Positions 1-11,044 of a DNA stretch of 64,000 bases are shown one piece after another (positions within the stretch are counted from its first letter, which is position 1; the number at the start of each line of letters is the position of its first letter). Position numbers and translations under genes: made by a program. The DNA is taken from positions 800,001-864,000 of the forward strand of contig CBDBHR010000030.1 in the NCBI GenBank assembly GCA_965205865.1, read 5' to 3'. This stretch comes from a bacterium (GTDB lineage Bacteria; SAR324; NAC60-12). The notes below the pieces were generated by a model. The model did no database searches and was not told the origin of the DNA. It saw only the letters and a list, made by a program, of their open reading frames with translations.

Positions 1-359
1 GTCATGCTGTTTTACAACGAGCATCTCAGGGGTTAGCTCAGGATTGGACGAGTGCAGTGTTCAGGTGCGTGGCCGGCAAAAGCAGTGGCGAGTCTCGCAT
101 AGCGGCGCTTAGAACAGGACGCCACTCGCTGACACTGCAAGGCTGCCTTTGAATGGGAGACCAATACGACGACTGAGAGCGCACAAGACGTGTACAAGTC
201 GCCGACCGCTGGCGGCGGGAAGGCGCCGCCGTTTGGACATGGGTTTGGGTATGAACCAAAACCGCCGAAAGGTACCCTCATCTCGTTTTCTGCGCAAATT
301 TCCAACCCGGGTGTTGTGGTCCGAGTGTCAGAGCGCGGAGAAAGAGGACTTAACTGCTA

Positions 360-830
360 CTAACCAGCACGGGTGGGGAGCAGTTTTTCGTCCACTGTAT
401 CCACGCACGCACTCCCATTCGCCGAGTACCAGCCCCAGCAGGTGGGCCGCATTTCGTTGTCGTCCGCGTCGTAGAGGGTCGCCACCACTGTCTCCCCGGC
501 ACCCAACCCGTCAAAGCTCAGCGAACTCGGAGACGGTTCGTTCCTCGCCACTAGCCCAACCACGTCCATATTGAGCGAACTCGAGAGGGTCGCCTCAGCC
601 ACCGCGACGGCTGTTACCACGCAGTTCGCGTCCACGGTCGCCTTCGTGGCGTTGTTGGACGTCCATAAAAAGGCATATCCCGGACATCTCCTCGCCCTCG
701 CTGTCTACGACGCACGCTGAGTAGGCCACGGTGTCTCCCCCCTGCGCCCATTCCTTGTGTCCTCGGCGCTGATCTCCACGCTCAGAGCACTCTGTTACGG
801 TTCCGATACCGTGAACGCTAAGGATCCCGA
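360..830 (-). pseudogene. Degraded C-terminal continuation (Ig-like/Big_2-type domain) of the CARDB surface protein
   Basis: Reading through stops and frameshifts after 831 gives ...AFTVSEP*QSALSVEISA.., DTVAYSACVVDSEGEEM, WTSNNATKATVDANCVVTAVA, which resembles an Ig-like group 2 domain. Confidence 0.5.
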
Positions 831-3538
831 TCAGTTGTTCGTCGTGTCCGATTCACCCGCAACCGCTTCCACGCAGGCCCCGTAGTAGTACGTGCCAGCC
901 GTCGACGGCGCGTACAGGTCGATCCCCTCCGAAACCTGGCTCGAAGGGACCAACGCAGAAACTTCGTCGGTGCCGACCTCCGTGTCCGACACGGAGATCG
1001 TTGCGTCCGTCGATCGGTAGTATCGCAACGTCGTGGCATCAGAATTCGCGTCTCCATAGTTTCGAACGGTTGCTGAGAATTGGATGCGAGTTCCAGGACC
1101 AACGCCGCCAAGAGGGGTCCCCGCGATTACCCCAACGATCCTCAAGTCCGGCTGCCCCGTTGACTCCTCCTCCACAGCGATTGTCACTGATGACGAACAG
1201 TTGTTCGTGGTGTCCGACTCGTCCGTCACCGCTTCCACGCAAGCCCCGTAATAGTACGTGCCCGCCGTCGAGGGCGCGGTCAGCAAGATCGACTCGGCGC
1301 TCGTCCCTGAGGCAGCCAATGCCCCCACCACGTCCGTGCCGACCTGGGTGTCCGACGAAGAAATCCTCGAATCGGTCGAACTGTAGTAGCGCAGCGTCGA
1401 CGCCGTAGATTGCTTGTCGCCGGCGTTGCTCACTGTCGCCGACAGCGTGAACGATTCGCCCGTGTTCAAATTGCCGTCGTCCACCGATGCCGACACTACC
1501 AGGTCCGGTTGCGGCTCCGGCACCGTCACCCCCACCGACCGCGAACAGTTGTTTGCCCTATTGGACTCCCCCGCCACAGCGTCCACGCACGCGCCGTAAT
1601 AGTACGTTCCGGGTGCCGTCGGCAAGCGCTCGCTATGCACCTCGGCGAAGCGGCTCGAAACGGCGAGTTGCGGTACCGCGTCGGTGCTCACCTGCGTGTC
1701 GGACGTCGTGATTGTCGCGTCCGTCGACAGGTAGTATCGAACCGTCGTAGTCGCTGACGTTGCATCCCCAACATTAGCCACCCGCTGGTTCAAATGGACG
1801 AGTGCTCCCGGAGACGTTTCGAGAGTAGGGCCGAGTGTGATGGTGAAAGAGTCGACTATCAGGTCGGGCTGGAGCTCCGACTCCGGTTCCGTCAACGTGA
1901 CCTGCACCGATGTCGAGCAGTTGTTAGTCGTGTCGGACTCTTCCGTCACGGCGTCCACGCACGCCCCGTAGAATATATTCCGGGGTTCGACGGTACCGTT
2001 AAAGAAATCGTCGCCCCGTAGCCACCCGAAGGAACAAGCGTATTCACCACGTCCATGCCCACCGCCGTGTCGGAGGTGGTGATCTCTGCGTCCGTCGATC
2101 GGTAGTACCGCACCGTTGTCGCTGAGGACCTCTGAGCGCCCTGGTTGTGCACTGTCACAATTAGCGCAAACGACTCACCCGCGGCCAGACTGCTGTAGCT
2201 CACATTTGGCCCCAGCACAACCAAGTCCGGAGCCTGCTCCGGCGGCAGGGTGCCCTGTTCCGGAGGCGGGGTATCATGCACCGTGACCTGAACCGATGCC
2301 GAGCAGTTGTTGGTCCTGTCTGACTCTCCCGCCACTGTGTCCACACACGCTCCGTAGAAATGCGTTCTCACAGTTGCCGTCACCGAGATTGACTGTTCGC
2401 TATTCCCCGACGCCGACAGTTCACCCACTGCGTCCGTCCCCACTTCCGTGTCCGAGATCGTGATCGTCGCATCCGTCGAGCGGTAATAGCGCAGCGTCGT
2501 CTCCGACGATTTTCCGTCACCCGCGTTGCTCACCGTCGCCGACAAAGTGAAACTCGCTCCCGTTTCCGGAGTCGTGTTGTCCACCGATGGTGACGCTACA
2601 AACAGGTCCGGAGTAGGCGATTTGCCGGATTGTGCGGACTGACCCTCATCATCAAGACCCCAGCATGTCACGGTACCCGTAACGCGGACAGCACAGGTGT
2701 GCTCCCTTCCGGCACTGACCGTGATGAAAATGCCCGCAGGAGGCGTGGACTGACCCACGTCATCGAGACCCCAACATGCCACGGCACCCGTATCGAGAAT
2801 TCCGCAGGTGTGCTTACTTCCGGCACTGACCGTGGTGAAGGTGCCCGCAGGCGGCGTGGACTGACCCACGACATCAAGACCCCAACATGCCACGGCACCC
2901 GTATCGAGAATTCCACAGGTGTGTTCCGCCCCGGCACTGACCATGGTGAAGGTGCCCGCAGGCGGCGTGGACTGACCTTCGTCATCAAGACCCCAACATT
3001 CTACGGCGCCCGTGTCGAGAATTCCACAGGTGTGTTCCGCCCCGGTACTGACCATGGTGAAAGTACCCGCAGGCGGCGTGGACTGACCCTTGTCATTGAG
3101 ACCCCAACATGCCACAGCACACGTGTCGAGAATTCCACAGGTGTGTTCCGCCCCGGCACTGACCATGGTGAAGGTGCCCGCAGGCGGCGTGGACTGACCC
3201 TCGTCATCAAGACCCCAACATTCCACGGCACCCGTGTCGAGAATTCCACAGGTGTGTTCCGCCCCGGCACTGACCATGGTGAAAGTACCCGCAGGCGGCG
3301 TGGACTGACCCTCATCATCAAGACCCCAGCATGCCACGGCGCCCGTGTCGAGAATAGCGCAGGTGTGATCCGCCCCGGCACTGACCATGGTGAAGGTGCC
3401 CGCAGACGGCTCGACGGAAAGCGCTTCCCCTCCACCATCTTCGTCACCGCCTCCACCGCAGGCTGCCAGGATCAGTGCCACCAAAAAGGTGAGGCATAAC
3501 GAAAACAATTTATTCGGTTTCATTTTTATTAGATGCAT
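831..3538 (-). pseudogene. Large surface lipoprotein with RCC1-like beta-propeller repeats and several CARDB domains, split by a frameshift near 1970 and a TGA at 831
   Basis: Lipobox LAAC; about 7 x 37-aa VSAGxxHTCGILDTGAVxCWG repeats; repeated PDL..V..TVxNxG..S..TTLRYYRSTD...YYYGACVxAV..ESDTTNNCS units in ORFs 1946..3538 and 831..1958; one extra T at GGAATATAT^TCTACGGG restores GIYFYGACVDAVT. Confidence 0.85.
2630..3410 (-). repeat. Coding tandem repeat, 111-bp unit, about 7 copies (RCC1-like blades)
   Basis: Near-identical nucleotide units visible directly. Confidence 0.9.
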
Positions 3539-3622
3539 AATTTCACCCCACTTTGAACATATGGAAATGGTAATATACTCAAATAGTTAACACCAGAATC
3601 AACATTTTAAGAGATCACCATT

Positions 3623-4100
3623 TTGATGAAAAACAAAGGTAGCACAAGATCGGCAAGAACATCAGCAAAAAACATTCATATCAGCCAGGGAGGCAGAGAA
3701 CTGACTGCGCAAGCAGGCTTGATTCCGGTTGTCAAATTTTTTCACAAAGAAGGGATTTTTTCAAAGACAGAGCAGACCATAGACCATCAGCGTGGTGCCA
3801 CGGATCTTTATGACGCGGTGGACATGGTCATTTTGTCGGTGATCGGCATTGTTGGTGGCGCCCGTTCGATTCGTGCGATTGTGACGGTTTGGAACGACTG
3901 TGTTTTGAGTCGTGCGGCCGGATGGCTGAGGATTCCGGATGAAAACGCATTCGGTCGCATACTGCGTACCTTCACAGAGAAAAACATCAATGAAATGGAG
4001 AGCTTGAATCATCGGATTCGAGGCGGCATCTGGCGCAAGGCGCTTCGAAGTGCTAAAAGCAACGTTGGGGTGTTGCCCCGTCTTGTGATTGACGGAAAGT
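3623..4100 (+). mobile_element. IS1380-family transposase, N-terminal fragment truncated at a REP element
   Basis: ISQGGRELTAQAGLIPV and IPDENAFGRILR motifs; ends at RLVID just at the first catalytic Asp region. Confidence 0.7.
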
Positions 4101-4178
4101 GGTCAGGCCTTTGATTAAATGAAAAGGGGGCAAAAAAACTGGACTCGTTCCTAATCAAATAATCAAAGGCCTGACCCC
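4101..4178. repeat. REP-doublet/MITE with inverted ends GGTCAGGCCTTTGATTA...TAATCAAAGGCCTGACC (copy 1)
   Basis: Terminal inverted repeat; near-identical copy at 6518..6598. Confidence 0.85.
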
Positions 4179-4199
4179 TTTTATGCCAGCCTTGCCTCT

Positions 4200-4380
4200 C
4201 TACTTTTCGAGATACCCAGAGAGACGAAAGAAGATGAGGTGTCATGGCGCAATCTGATAGGCCGACGGGACGTCATAGCGCATAGGCTGTTGACGGTTGA
4301 CGACGAACAGGTCTACAGGGAAACGGTACGTGATTTTCGCTCCCTGCATCAACTTCTTTCGAAGATCCACTTTGCCCCCA
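4200..4380 (+). pseudogene. HepT-like/DUF86 (HEPN) RNase toxin C-terminal fragment
   Basis: SWRNLIGRRDVIAHRLLTVDDEQVY resembles the DUF86 WRxIxGMRNxIAHxY..VD motif (RX4H). Confidence 0.65.
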
Positions 4381-4465
4381 TCAAATCTGACCTCCCTCCT
4401 TTTTGCTCATCAAGAAACCTATTGAATTCATCTGGAGAAATGTATTCACTCATTTTTTAGTGTCT

Positions 4466-4539
4466 TCTGATAGTTGGCACCACATTCGAGGCTTGCCTAA
4501 ACAAAGTATAAGCAAGTCTCCATTGGTGCTTTGTCAGGT
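4466..4539 (-). other. Degenerate integron attC-like palindrome overlapping the stop codon of the cassette-like gene
   Basis: Minus strand ACCTGAC followed by GCACCA..GAGACTTGCTTA/TAGGCAAGCCTC..TGGTGC inverted arms. Confidence 0.5.
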
Positions 4540-5837
4540 ATTTTTGTCATCAATTTTAGTCTTTTTTAATTTCTTAGGATCAATTTCCATAGATGAATCA
4601 CCAGCCTTCAATTTTACCGAAGAAGCAGAGCCAAATAAAGCAGAAGCTAGCTGATCTGCCGGGTGTTCAAGAGGTTCTGATTTTTCTCCCTCTTTGACGA
4701 ATAAATTTCTTGAGAGGTCATCAAGCAACTCTGTTGGAATGGCAGTTCCTTTGGCGTCCTTCCATTCCAAACTGGATTCAACCAGCCAACTTGCTCGCTC
4801 CATATCCAATGCAAACTGCTTGAGTTGGAATTCAGATGCTGAATGCTGTTCAAACCAGCGGTTCTGCCACTTGATAAAATATAAAATAGAACCAACAGCA
4901 CCGGCTGAGTAGATAAATTGCTTTATGCCTGCAATGATAATTTTCGTGTATTCCGAATCTTGCAAAACCTCATAGAATTCAACGCCCGATACTACTCCTA
5001 AGATTATAAAGATTGAGATTAACACCAGCATTGTAAGGGTAATGGGTGTTCGGAGTTTATTAGTACCCTCAGTTAATGAAAATTTTTCCTGCTGGGATTT
5101 AATCTCCCTTAGAATGTCTTTTCTGATTTCGCGTCTAACATACGTATTGTCGCGGTCATCCAGTTCTTTTCGCAGTTTTTTAAGCTCATCACTTTTGTGA
5201 TCAATTTTTTTCGATTTTCTTCGATTTGAGTTTCAAGATTATGCCCTTTATTTACATACTCTTCCTCCAGGTTTGATTTTTTCTTCGAGTACTGTTCTTC
5301 TAAACTTTCTATTTTCTTTGAGTGCTCTTGGTCCAGATTTATCCGATAAGTGTGAGTTTTGTTAACTAACGATTCATTGAGGGCTTGCAGCCTTTCCAAA
5401 GTGGCAGTATGAATTGCCTCCAACTGCGTCTGTTCTGGCGATAAGCTGCCAACGGAGCGAGATGGATGAACAGCAATAAGAGATTTAGAAACTAAAACGG
5501 CCAATTTTAATCTCTGATCTAAATTACCTTGGTTCCCGCTGCTAAATGTAACTTCATCATAAAACGGCGATTTTTGTTGAGATTGACCACCACGATTAAA
5601 GGTTATGCTAAATCCATCTATGTTAATGGTAGCACTTGCAATTAAACACGTATCACTTTTCTCCAAATAGGAGATGGTGTCATTCTTTTCTCTTAAATCA
5701 AAACTAAGGATGTTTTCGAAGCCAATTGCGTAAATGTTACAAGTTGCGCTTCTATGTAAATCCATTATCTTACGAAAGCATGTGATTATTGCTTTATCTC
5801 GCTGTTTAGGGACATGCAAGAATAGCTGATTGGCCAT
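4534..5837 (-). CDS. Low-GC hypothetical coiled-coil plus two-TM membrane protein, frameshifted in the A-run near 5205 (ORFs 5109..5837 and 4534..5031 join)
   Basis: The alternative frame IDHKSDELKKLRKELDDRDNTYVRREIRKDIL...TPITLTMLVLISIF is open and links both ORFs; RBS GGGAG precedes the ATG. Confidence 0.7.
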
Positions 5838-5952
5838 AAAACTCCCTTATCTGACTGATATGATACCTACACAACCAAGTTCACCGGGTCGGCAGGCCAA
5901 AGTGAATGAATATTTGAAACGTGAAAAAAAGCTGAACAAAGAAAACCCATTT

Positions 5953-6168
5953 TAGAACCTGTTTAAAAATTAGTTGATCTCTATTTTCAAGATGTTCCAT
6001 AAAAACAAGGAGTGGCAATGGAACGCATAGGATATAGCACGGATTTAAGCGATAAACAATGGTTAACCATAGAACAGTACTTTCCCGAACATTCAGGCCG
6101 AGGTCGCAAACGCAAGTGGGAATTACGCTTAGTTCTCAATGCCATCCTCTATGTGGTCTATACGTGTT
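5953..6168 (+). mobile_element. IS5-family remnant (left end plus transposase N-terminus from ATG 6018)
   Basis: Translates MERIGYSTDLSDKQWLTIEQYFPEHSGRGRKRKWELRLVLNAILYV; TAGAACCTGTTT end motif. Confidence 0.8.
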
Positions 6169-6517
6169 GACAAAAGCGAAACATAAGAAAACAGCGGCTT
6201 GAGTGCGGGGCAATTTCTATTGGGACTTATTCCCTTTCTTCCTATCATTCAGTGCTGCACCAAATGGATCTGAGTCGTGGTATTTCGAACTTGTTATAAA
6301 TCCATGTTTTCAAATCGATGGTGTCGACTTTAATATCACATATCATCGTATATGATTTGTGCTGCATACACATATCGAGGTCAATTTGTTCAGCACTTGA
6401 AAGGTATTTGGTGACAGTGTTAAAGATTACGATGCCTGCGTATTGTTCCGCGGCACACTCGGTTTCTCTTGTCACCGGAGATGGGGTACTTATTCCGTTG
6501 AGTTTTACAATCAGAAG

Positions 6518-6598
6518 GGGGTCAGGCCTTTGATTAAATGAAAAAGGGGGCAAAAAAACTGGACTCGATCCTAATCAAATAATAAAAGGCCTGACCCC
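6518..6598. repeat. REP-doublet/MITE copy 2
   Basis: Near-identical to 4101..4178, same orientation. Confidence 0.85.
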
Positions 6599-6608
6599 AT
6601 TTTTTCAA

Positions 6609-7253
6609 TTGGGGATCATGTCGATCCTTATCGGGCTCGTGATCGCCCTGCCCATCGGCATCTACTCGGCCATACGCCAGGATAACGCCTCCGATTATGC
6701 GGGGCGTTCCCTGGCTATCATCGGTCTGTCTACCCCGGATTTCTGGCTGGGAACGATGGTGATGGTTTTCCCCGCCATCTGGTGGAACTGGTCGCCCCCG
6801 ATGGAACTGATTCGATTCTCCGAAGACCCCCTGGGGAATCTGGGGATGTTTCTCATTCCCAGCCTGATTGTGGGAACCTACCTGGCGGCAACCACCATGC
6901 GGATGACCCGTGCGATGATGCTGGAAGTGCTGCGGCAGGACTATGTCCGCACCGCCTGGTCCAAGGGGCTCAAAGAGCGGCTCGTAGTGATGAGACATGC
7001 CGTCAAGAATGCCCTTATCCCGGTCGTGACCCTGATCGGCATGCAGTTGCCGATCATGGTCGGGGGTTCCGTTATCATGGAGAACATCTTTAACCTGCCC
7101 GGGTTAGGGCAACTGATGTGGCTAGCCCTGCAAGACCGTGACTACCCGGTGATCTCCGGCGTCAACCTGATTTTCGCCACCATGGTGGTGCTGGCCAATC
7201 TCCTGATTGACCTGATCTATCCCTATTTGGACCCGAGAGTCAGGTATAAATAA
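6609..7253 (+). pseudogene. ABC permease DppB-like, 5'-truncated
   Basis: EVLRQDYVRTAWSKGL EAA motif; lacks about 100 N-terminal aa present in paralogues. Confidence 0.85.
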
Positions 7254-7298
7254 ATCGGGGCGTCACTCGACTCTAACGTATAAGAGGAATGAACAAAT

Positions 7299-7768
7299 AT
7301 GAGTGAAGTGTCGGATAATCCAACTGCAGGGAGAGAACCCAAGCGGCAATCCAGGCTGTTAGAATTCTTTAGCCGTCTGATCAAGGAAAAGCCCCTGGGG
7401 GCGATTTGCGGGATGGTCATTTTGGTTTTGATTGTGGTCACCCTCTTTGCCGATGCGCTGGCACCTTATCCCTTTGCAGACGGGGTCCACCTGGCAGACC
7501 GGCTGACGGGGTCCTCAACCAAATATCTCTTAGGAACCGATTATTTGGGGCGAGACTTCTTGAGCCGTCTGATCTATGGTGCGCGGGTTTCATTGCTGGT
7601 TGGTCTGGCTGCGACCGCACGATTGTCGTTTACTCCCTCAACATGTTCGGCGACGCCATGCGGGACCTGCTCGACCCGAGGCTGCGGGGTGGTCAGGGCA
7701 GTTATGGCGCTGCAAAGAGGAAACGCAAACGAGGATTCCTGGCCAGATTGATCAACCCCTTCTCTTAG
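7299..7768 (+). pseudogene. ABC permease DppC-like with large internal deletion and frameshift at about 7617
   Basis: N-terminus (LGTDYLGRD...VGLAAT) joins directly to C-terminal TIVVYSLNMFGDAMRDLLDPRLR in another frame. Confidence 0.9.
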
Positions 7769-7839
7769 AAGGAAACTATTGGCCTCGTGCCGGGACTACA
7801 ATAGATCTGATCACAAAATTTTAGCCGGGATCGATATCT

Positions 7840-8733
7840 TTACTCTTGAAGGAGAGCACGCAACCGTTCGACTTCCGCAAGCGCGTTTTCTTTTTCTTGT
7901 CGCTCTTTTTCTTTTTGTTGGCGCTCTTGTTCTTCTCTTTGCAAGGCGTTTTCTTTTTCTTGTCGCTCTTTTTCTTTTTCTTGTCGCTCTTGTTCTTCTC
8001 TTTGCAAGGCGTTTTCTTTTTCTTGTCGCTCTTGTTGGAAGCTTTTCAAGAGGAACGGCTGGTAGAGGGGATCATCGATTAATTTTTCAAAGGCCACCTG
8101 TTTTTCTAAATCCTGAAGACGAAATGCGAATCGATCCAAGACCCGGGAATGAATCACGCCGGGCTCTTTGCTCTTCATCTTTTCATAAACCCCCTGCTCA
8201 TTGAGAGCATAGAAGGCGGTATGCTTGCGCAAACGGTCTAATATAAAATATTCCGCTACCTCCGCTTTGGCGTATTCTTCTTTTTTGTGAACCGTATCCC
8301 GTTCCACCTCCGAGGGAGTCGAGTCGGATAAAAACTCTATACAGAGGTCACACACCCCATCAAACGAACGATCCAACTGTTTGGCCTCGACAGGATTGGA
8401 GTGAAGAATCACGGCCAGATCCGGTTTGCGAATACTCACCTTTTTCTTTCCCAGTTCCAAACGAAAGCCCATTTCCAATGCCATGATTCGCCCTTGAGGG
8501 AAGACGGTTAAATATTCTTCTAATAAGCGCAAGAACCATTGATACAGAGAGATGCTTAAAAAATCTGGCATGGGCTTTTCCTCCAAGAGTCCATTGTTCC
8601 ATTCATATTGACAATCCGGGTGTTCATAGTAGGTCTTCCAATACTCTGCCTCACTCACCCTGAGGGGCTCCCTGGCAGAGGGAGGAAAGCGTGTTGGAGT
8701 TGTGTGTTTTTTGATGGATTCTAAAGAAGCCAT
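7840..8733 (-). CDS. Uma2/DUF820 family PD-(D/E)XK endonuclease with C-terminal coiled-coil repeats
   Basis: YEWNNG, RKPDLAV, CIEFLS, KKEEYA..EYFILD motifs; EKERQEKENALQREEQERQ repeats. Confidence 0.85.
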   Translation of the reverse strand: MASLESIKKHTTPTRFPPSAREPLRVSEAEYWKTYYEHPDCQYEWNNGLLEEKPMPDFLSISLYQWFLRLLEEYLTVFPQGRIMALEMGFRLELGKKKVSIRKPDLAVILHSNPVEAKQLDRSFDGVCDLCIEFLSDSTPSEVERDTVHKKEEYAKAEVAEYFILDRLRKHTAFYALNEQGVYEKMKSKEPGVIHSRVLDRFAFRLQDLEKQVAFEKLIDDPLYQPFLLKSFQQERQEKENALQREEQERQEKEKERQEKENALQREEQERQQKEKERQEKENALAEVERLRALLQE

Positions 8734-8769
8734 GAGGTCCTCAATGGGAATGAGAAGTGAAATTTGTCG

Positions 8770-8812
8770 TCTTTTCAAAAGAATAACACATTGGGCGGAG
8801 GACTGCAATTTC
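8770..8812 (-). promoter_or_regulatory. sigma70-type promoter, TTGCAG-17-TATTCT with extended TGn; a paralogous copy lies at 46715..46757
   Basis: 37/43 identity by manual alignment with the segment upstream of the larA-like gene. Confidence 0.6.
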
Positions 8813-9140
8813 TTGCGTCGTCTGTTCAGCAGGGAATCTGAGAAAAGATATTTGATAGAGTTGCTCGCAATGACTAATTCTGCTTCTCAAATTAAACAGA
8901 ACCACTGCCCTAAAAAACCCCCCCCCCCAAAAAATAATCCAAAGTGCATATTTATCTTGATTTCATGATGATGATAATTCATACTTTGTGCCATAGGATT
9001 GCCGGAGAAAGAGATAAAATGAAAAAAATTATCTCTTGCCGGGAATCTTTTGTTCCTCATCCGGGCGTTCGAGCACCCGTTCTTTCGATGGGCTCAATGG
9101 CTGGGTGAAGTATTGTCAATCTCTTGTATAAGGAGTTATC

Positions 9141-10943
9141 ATGGACATGTATTTCAAGCAACTTTTTGCCCCTCTCGTGGGGCTGAACCCGGCAGGCGTT
9201 TGGTCTGCTGCAAAACTGCAATCTTTATTGCTCACCCTCACCCTGATGGTGACAGCCTTTTGGGTCAGTCCGGTTGCCGCCCAGAAGTATGTGACCGATC
9301 CCAGCACAGGTAAGGTCGTGACCGCTCCGGAGTATGGCGGGACATTGACCTTCGTCCGAAAAGAAGAGCCGGCGGGTCCTGACACCGTGGTCTCTGGCGT
9401 ATGGGCGCAAGCTTACGCCGCTGGCGTTTCAGAGAAGCTGGTCATGGCTGACTGGGCAACGCCCAGGGACGAATTTGACTTCCAGTATCTCAACCCTCCA
9501 ACAAACACGAAAGGGGCGCTGGCGGAAAGCTGGTCGCAGCCCGACCCCCTGACGTATATCGTCAAAGTCCGCCAGGGCGCGCATTGGCACAAGAAAGCCC
9601 CCATGAATGGCAGAGCGGTGACCGCCGAGGATATCGTGATCAACTATCACCGCATATTGGGGATGGGCAGCGGTTTCACCGAACCGAGCGAATTTGCTAA
9701 TCAATTCAAAAATGCGCAAATGGAATCGATCACGGCCACCGACAAATCGACGGTTGTTTTTAAGCTGAAGCAGCTACACCTCGGTGCGCTGAATGCGATC
9801 CTCAATGGCAACATCGCCTGGATCTACCCCCCCGAGGTCCTCGAGGAACACGGGGACGTGACGGATTGGAAGAACCTGGTCGGCACCGGACCGATGATGC
9901 TGACGGACTGGACCAAAAGCAGCTCTATCACCTGGAAGAAGAATCCGGACTACTGGGGGTACGACGAAAAATACCCGCAGAACCGCTTGCCTTATATTGA
10001 CCAGTTAAGGGCCCTGATTATGCCGGAAACGGCAACACAACTGGCAGCAATACGCTCGGGTAAGGTTGATTACATAGGTCCGATCGGCGCAGCTCAAATG
10101 AGGACGCTCGACCAGGTAGAGAGCCTCCAGCGGACCAACCCCGAACTCGTGATATATCCATTTTACAATCGGTCGGATAATGGTATTGGTATGAACGTTC
10201 AGATAAAGCCCTTTGACGACATCAGGGTGCGCAAGGCCATGCAGATGGCGCTGAATCTCGAGGAGATCAACAACGCCTACTATAAGGGTTTTGCCGATAT
10301 GACACCTCAGGGGCAGCTAAACCGTTCTTTTACAGAGGTTGTCACTCAATTTGAAGATTGGCCAGCAGAGGTCAAGAAAGTCTTTGACTACGACCCGGAA
10401 GGGGCGAAAAAACTTCTGGCAGAAGCGGGCTATCCCAATGGCTTCGAGTCTGTGTTGATGCACATCGAGCGCTACGATTTGAACTATGTCCAATTACTCG
10501 CTTCCTATTGGAAAAAGATTGGCGTTGATGTGGAGATTGATGTACAGCCAGTAGCTGCATTCGTTGCTAAAAGAAGCGCCAGGGATTTCGAAATGGTCAA
10601 TGCGGAAGCGGCCGGGCGTGGATCCCCATTGGGATGGCAAAGTCGCTATACGCCGGGCGTCCCATGGGGCAGCTCCAATGTCGACGACCCGGTTTATACA
10701 GCCAAGTTTGAAGCCGGCGGAGCCGCTACCACCATCGAGGAGCAGAACAGGATAGCTGGAGAGTTGAATCAATTTGGGATCGAGAAGTTTTGGACGATAT
10801 GGGGTCCGATGGCTCCACAGTATCTGGCGATCCAGCCGTGGATCATAGGTTTTAACGCTGAACTGAATTTGGGAGAGGGTCAATATAACACCATCTTCAC
10901 CCGCCTCTGGATTGACCAGGAATTGAAGGATAGGACCCAGTAA
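9141..10943 (+). CDS. ABC transporter substrate-binding protein, family 5
   Basis: PEYGGTL, LAESWSQPD, VGTGP, NPDYW, PFDDIRVRKA motifs; signal peptide. Confidence 0.92.
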   Translation: MDMYFKQLFAPLVGLNPAGVWSAAKLQSLLLTLTLMVTAFWVSPVAAQKYVTDPSTGKVVTAPEYGGTLTFVRKEEPAGPDTVVSGVWAQAYAAGVSEKLVMADWATPRDEFDFQYLNPPTNTKGALAESWSQPDPLTYIVKVRQGAHWHKKAPMNGRAVTAEDIVINYHRILGMGSGFTEPSEFANQFKNAQMESITATDKSTVVFKLKQLHLGALNAILNGNIAWIYPPEVLEEHGDVTDWKNLVGTGPMMLTDWTKSSSITWKKNPDYWGYDEKYPQNRLPYIDQLRALIMPETATQLAAIRSGKVDYIGPIGAAQMRTLDQVESLQRTNPELVIYPFYNRSDNGIGMNVQIKPFDDIRVRKAMQMALNLEEINNAYYKGFADMTPQGQLNRSFTEVVTQFEDWPAEVKKVFDYDPEGAKKLLAEAGYPNGFESVLMHIERYDLNYVQLLASYWKKIGVDVEIDVQPVAAFVAKRSARDFEMVNAEAAGRGSPLGWQSRYTPGVPWGSSNVDDPVYTAKFEAGGAATTIEEQNRIAGELNQFGIEKFWTIWGPMAPQYLAIQPWIIGFNAELNLGEGQYNTIFTRLWIDQELKDRTQ

Positions 10944-10966
10944 TAGGCCGACTGGAAGCACTCGTG

Positions 10967-10988
10967 GACCGGGCAGTACTGCCCGGTC
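10967..10988. terminator. Perfect palindrome between SBP and permease
   Basis: GACCGGGCAGTACTGCCCGGTC. Confidence 0.45.
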
Positions 10989-11044
10989 TACTCCAGGATA
11001 CCCCGCGTTTCCCCGCCCATTGCAAAAATGATGAGGTCTGTCCC

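Noticed and set aside
790-833. TGA at a conserved Cys (TTNN-C-S) followed by a small hairpin ACGGT-ATCGGA-ACCGT: possible selenocysteine
   Set aside because: The loop lacks the leading G of the bacterial SECIS consensus, the Cys looks structural, and further stops and frameshifts follow; a nonsense mutation is more likely
2630-3410. Regular repeats as a CRISPR array or DGR template
   Set aside because: In-frame 111-bp coding repeats without unique spacers; no cas or reverse transcriptase gene in the window
5195-5215. Programmed frameshift or phase variation at homopolymers (also 36686, 49350)
   Set aside because: Scattered single-base indels in runs are equally explained by sequencing error or decay; cannot be resolved without reads
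7860-8040. Low-complexity repeats giving hydrophobic opposite-strand ORFs (7779..8204, 7846..8082)
   Set aside because: Antisense shadow of the Uma2 coiled-coil tail
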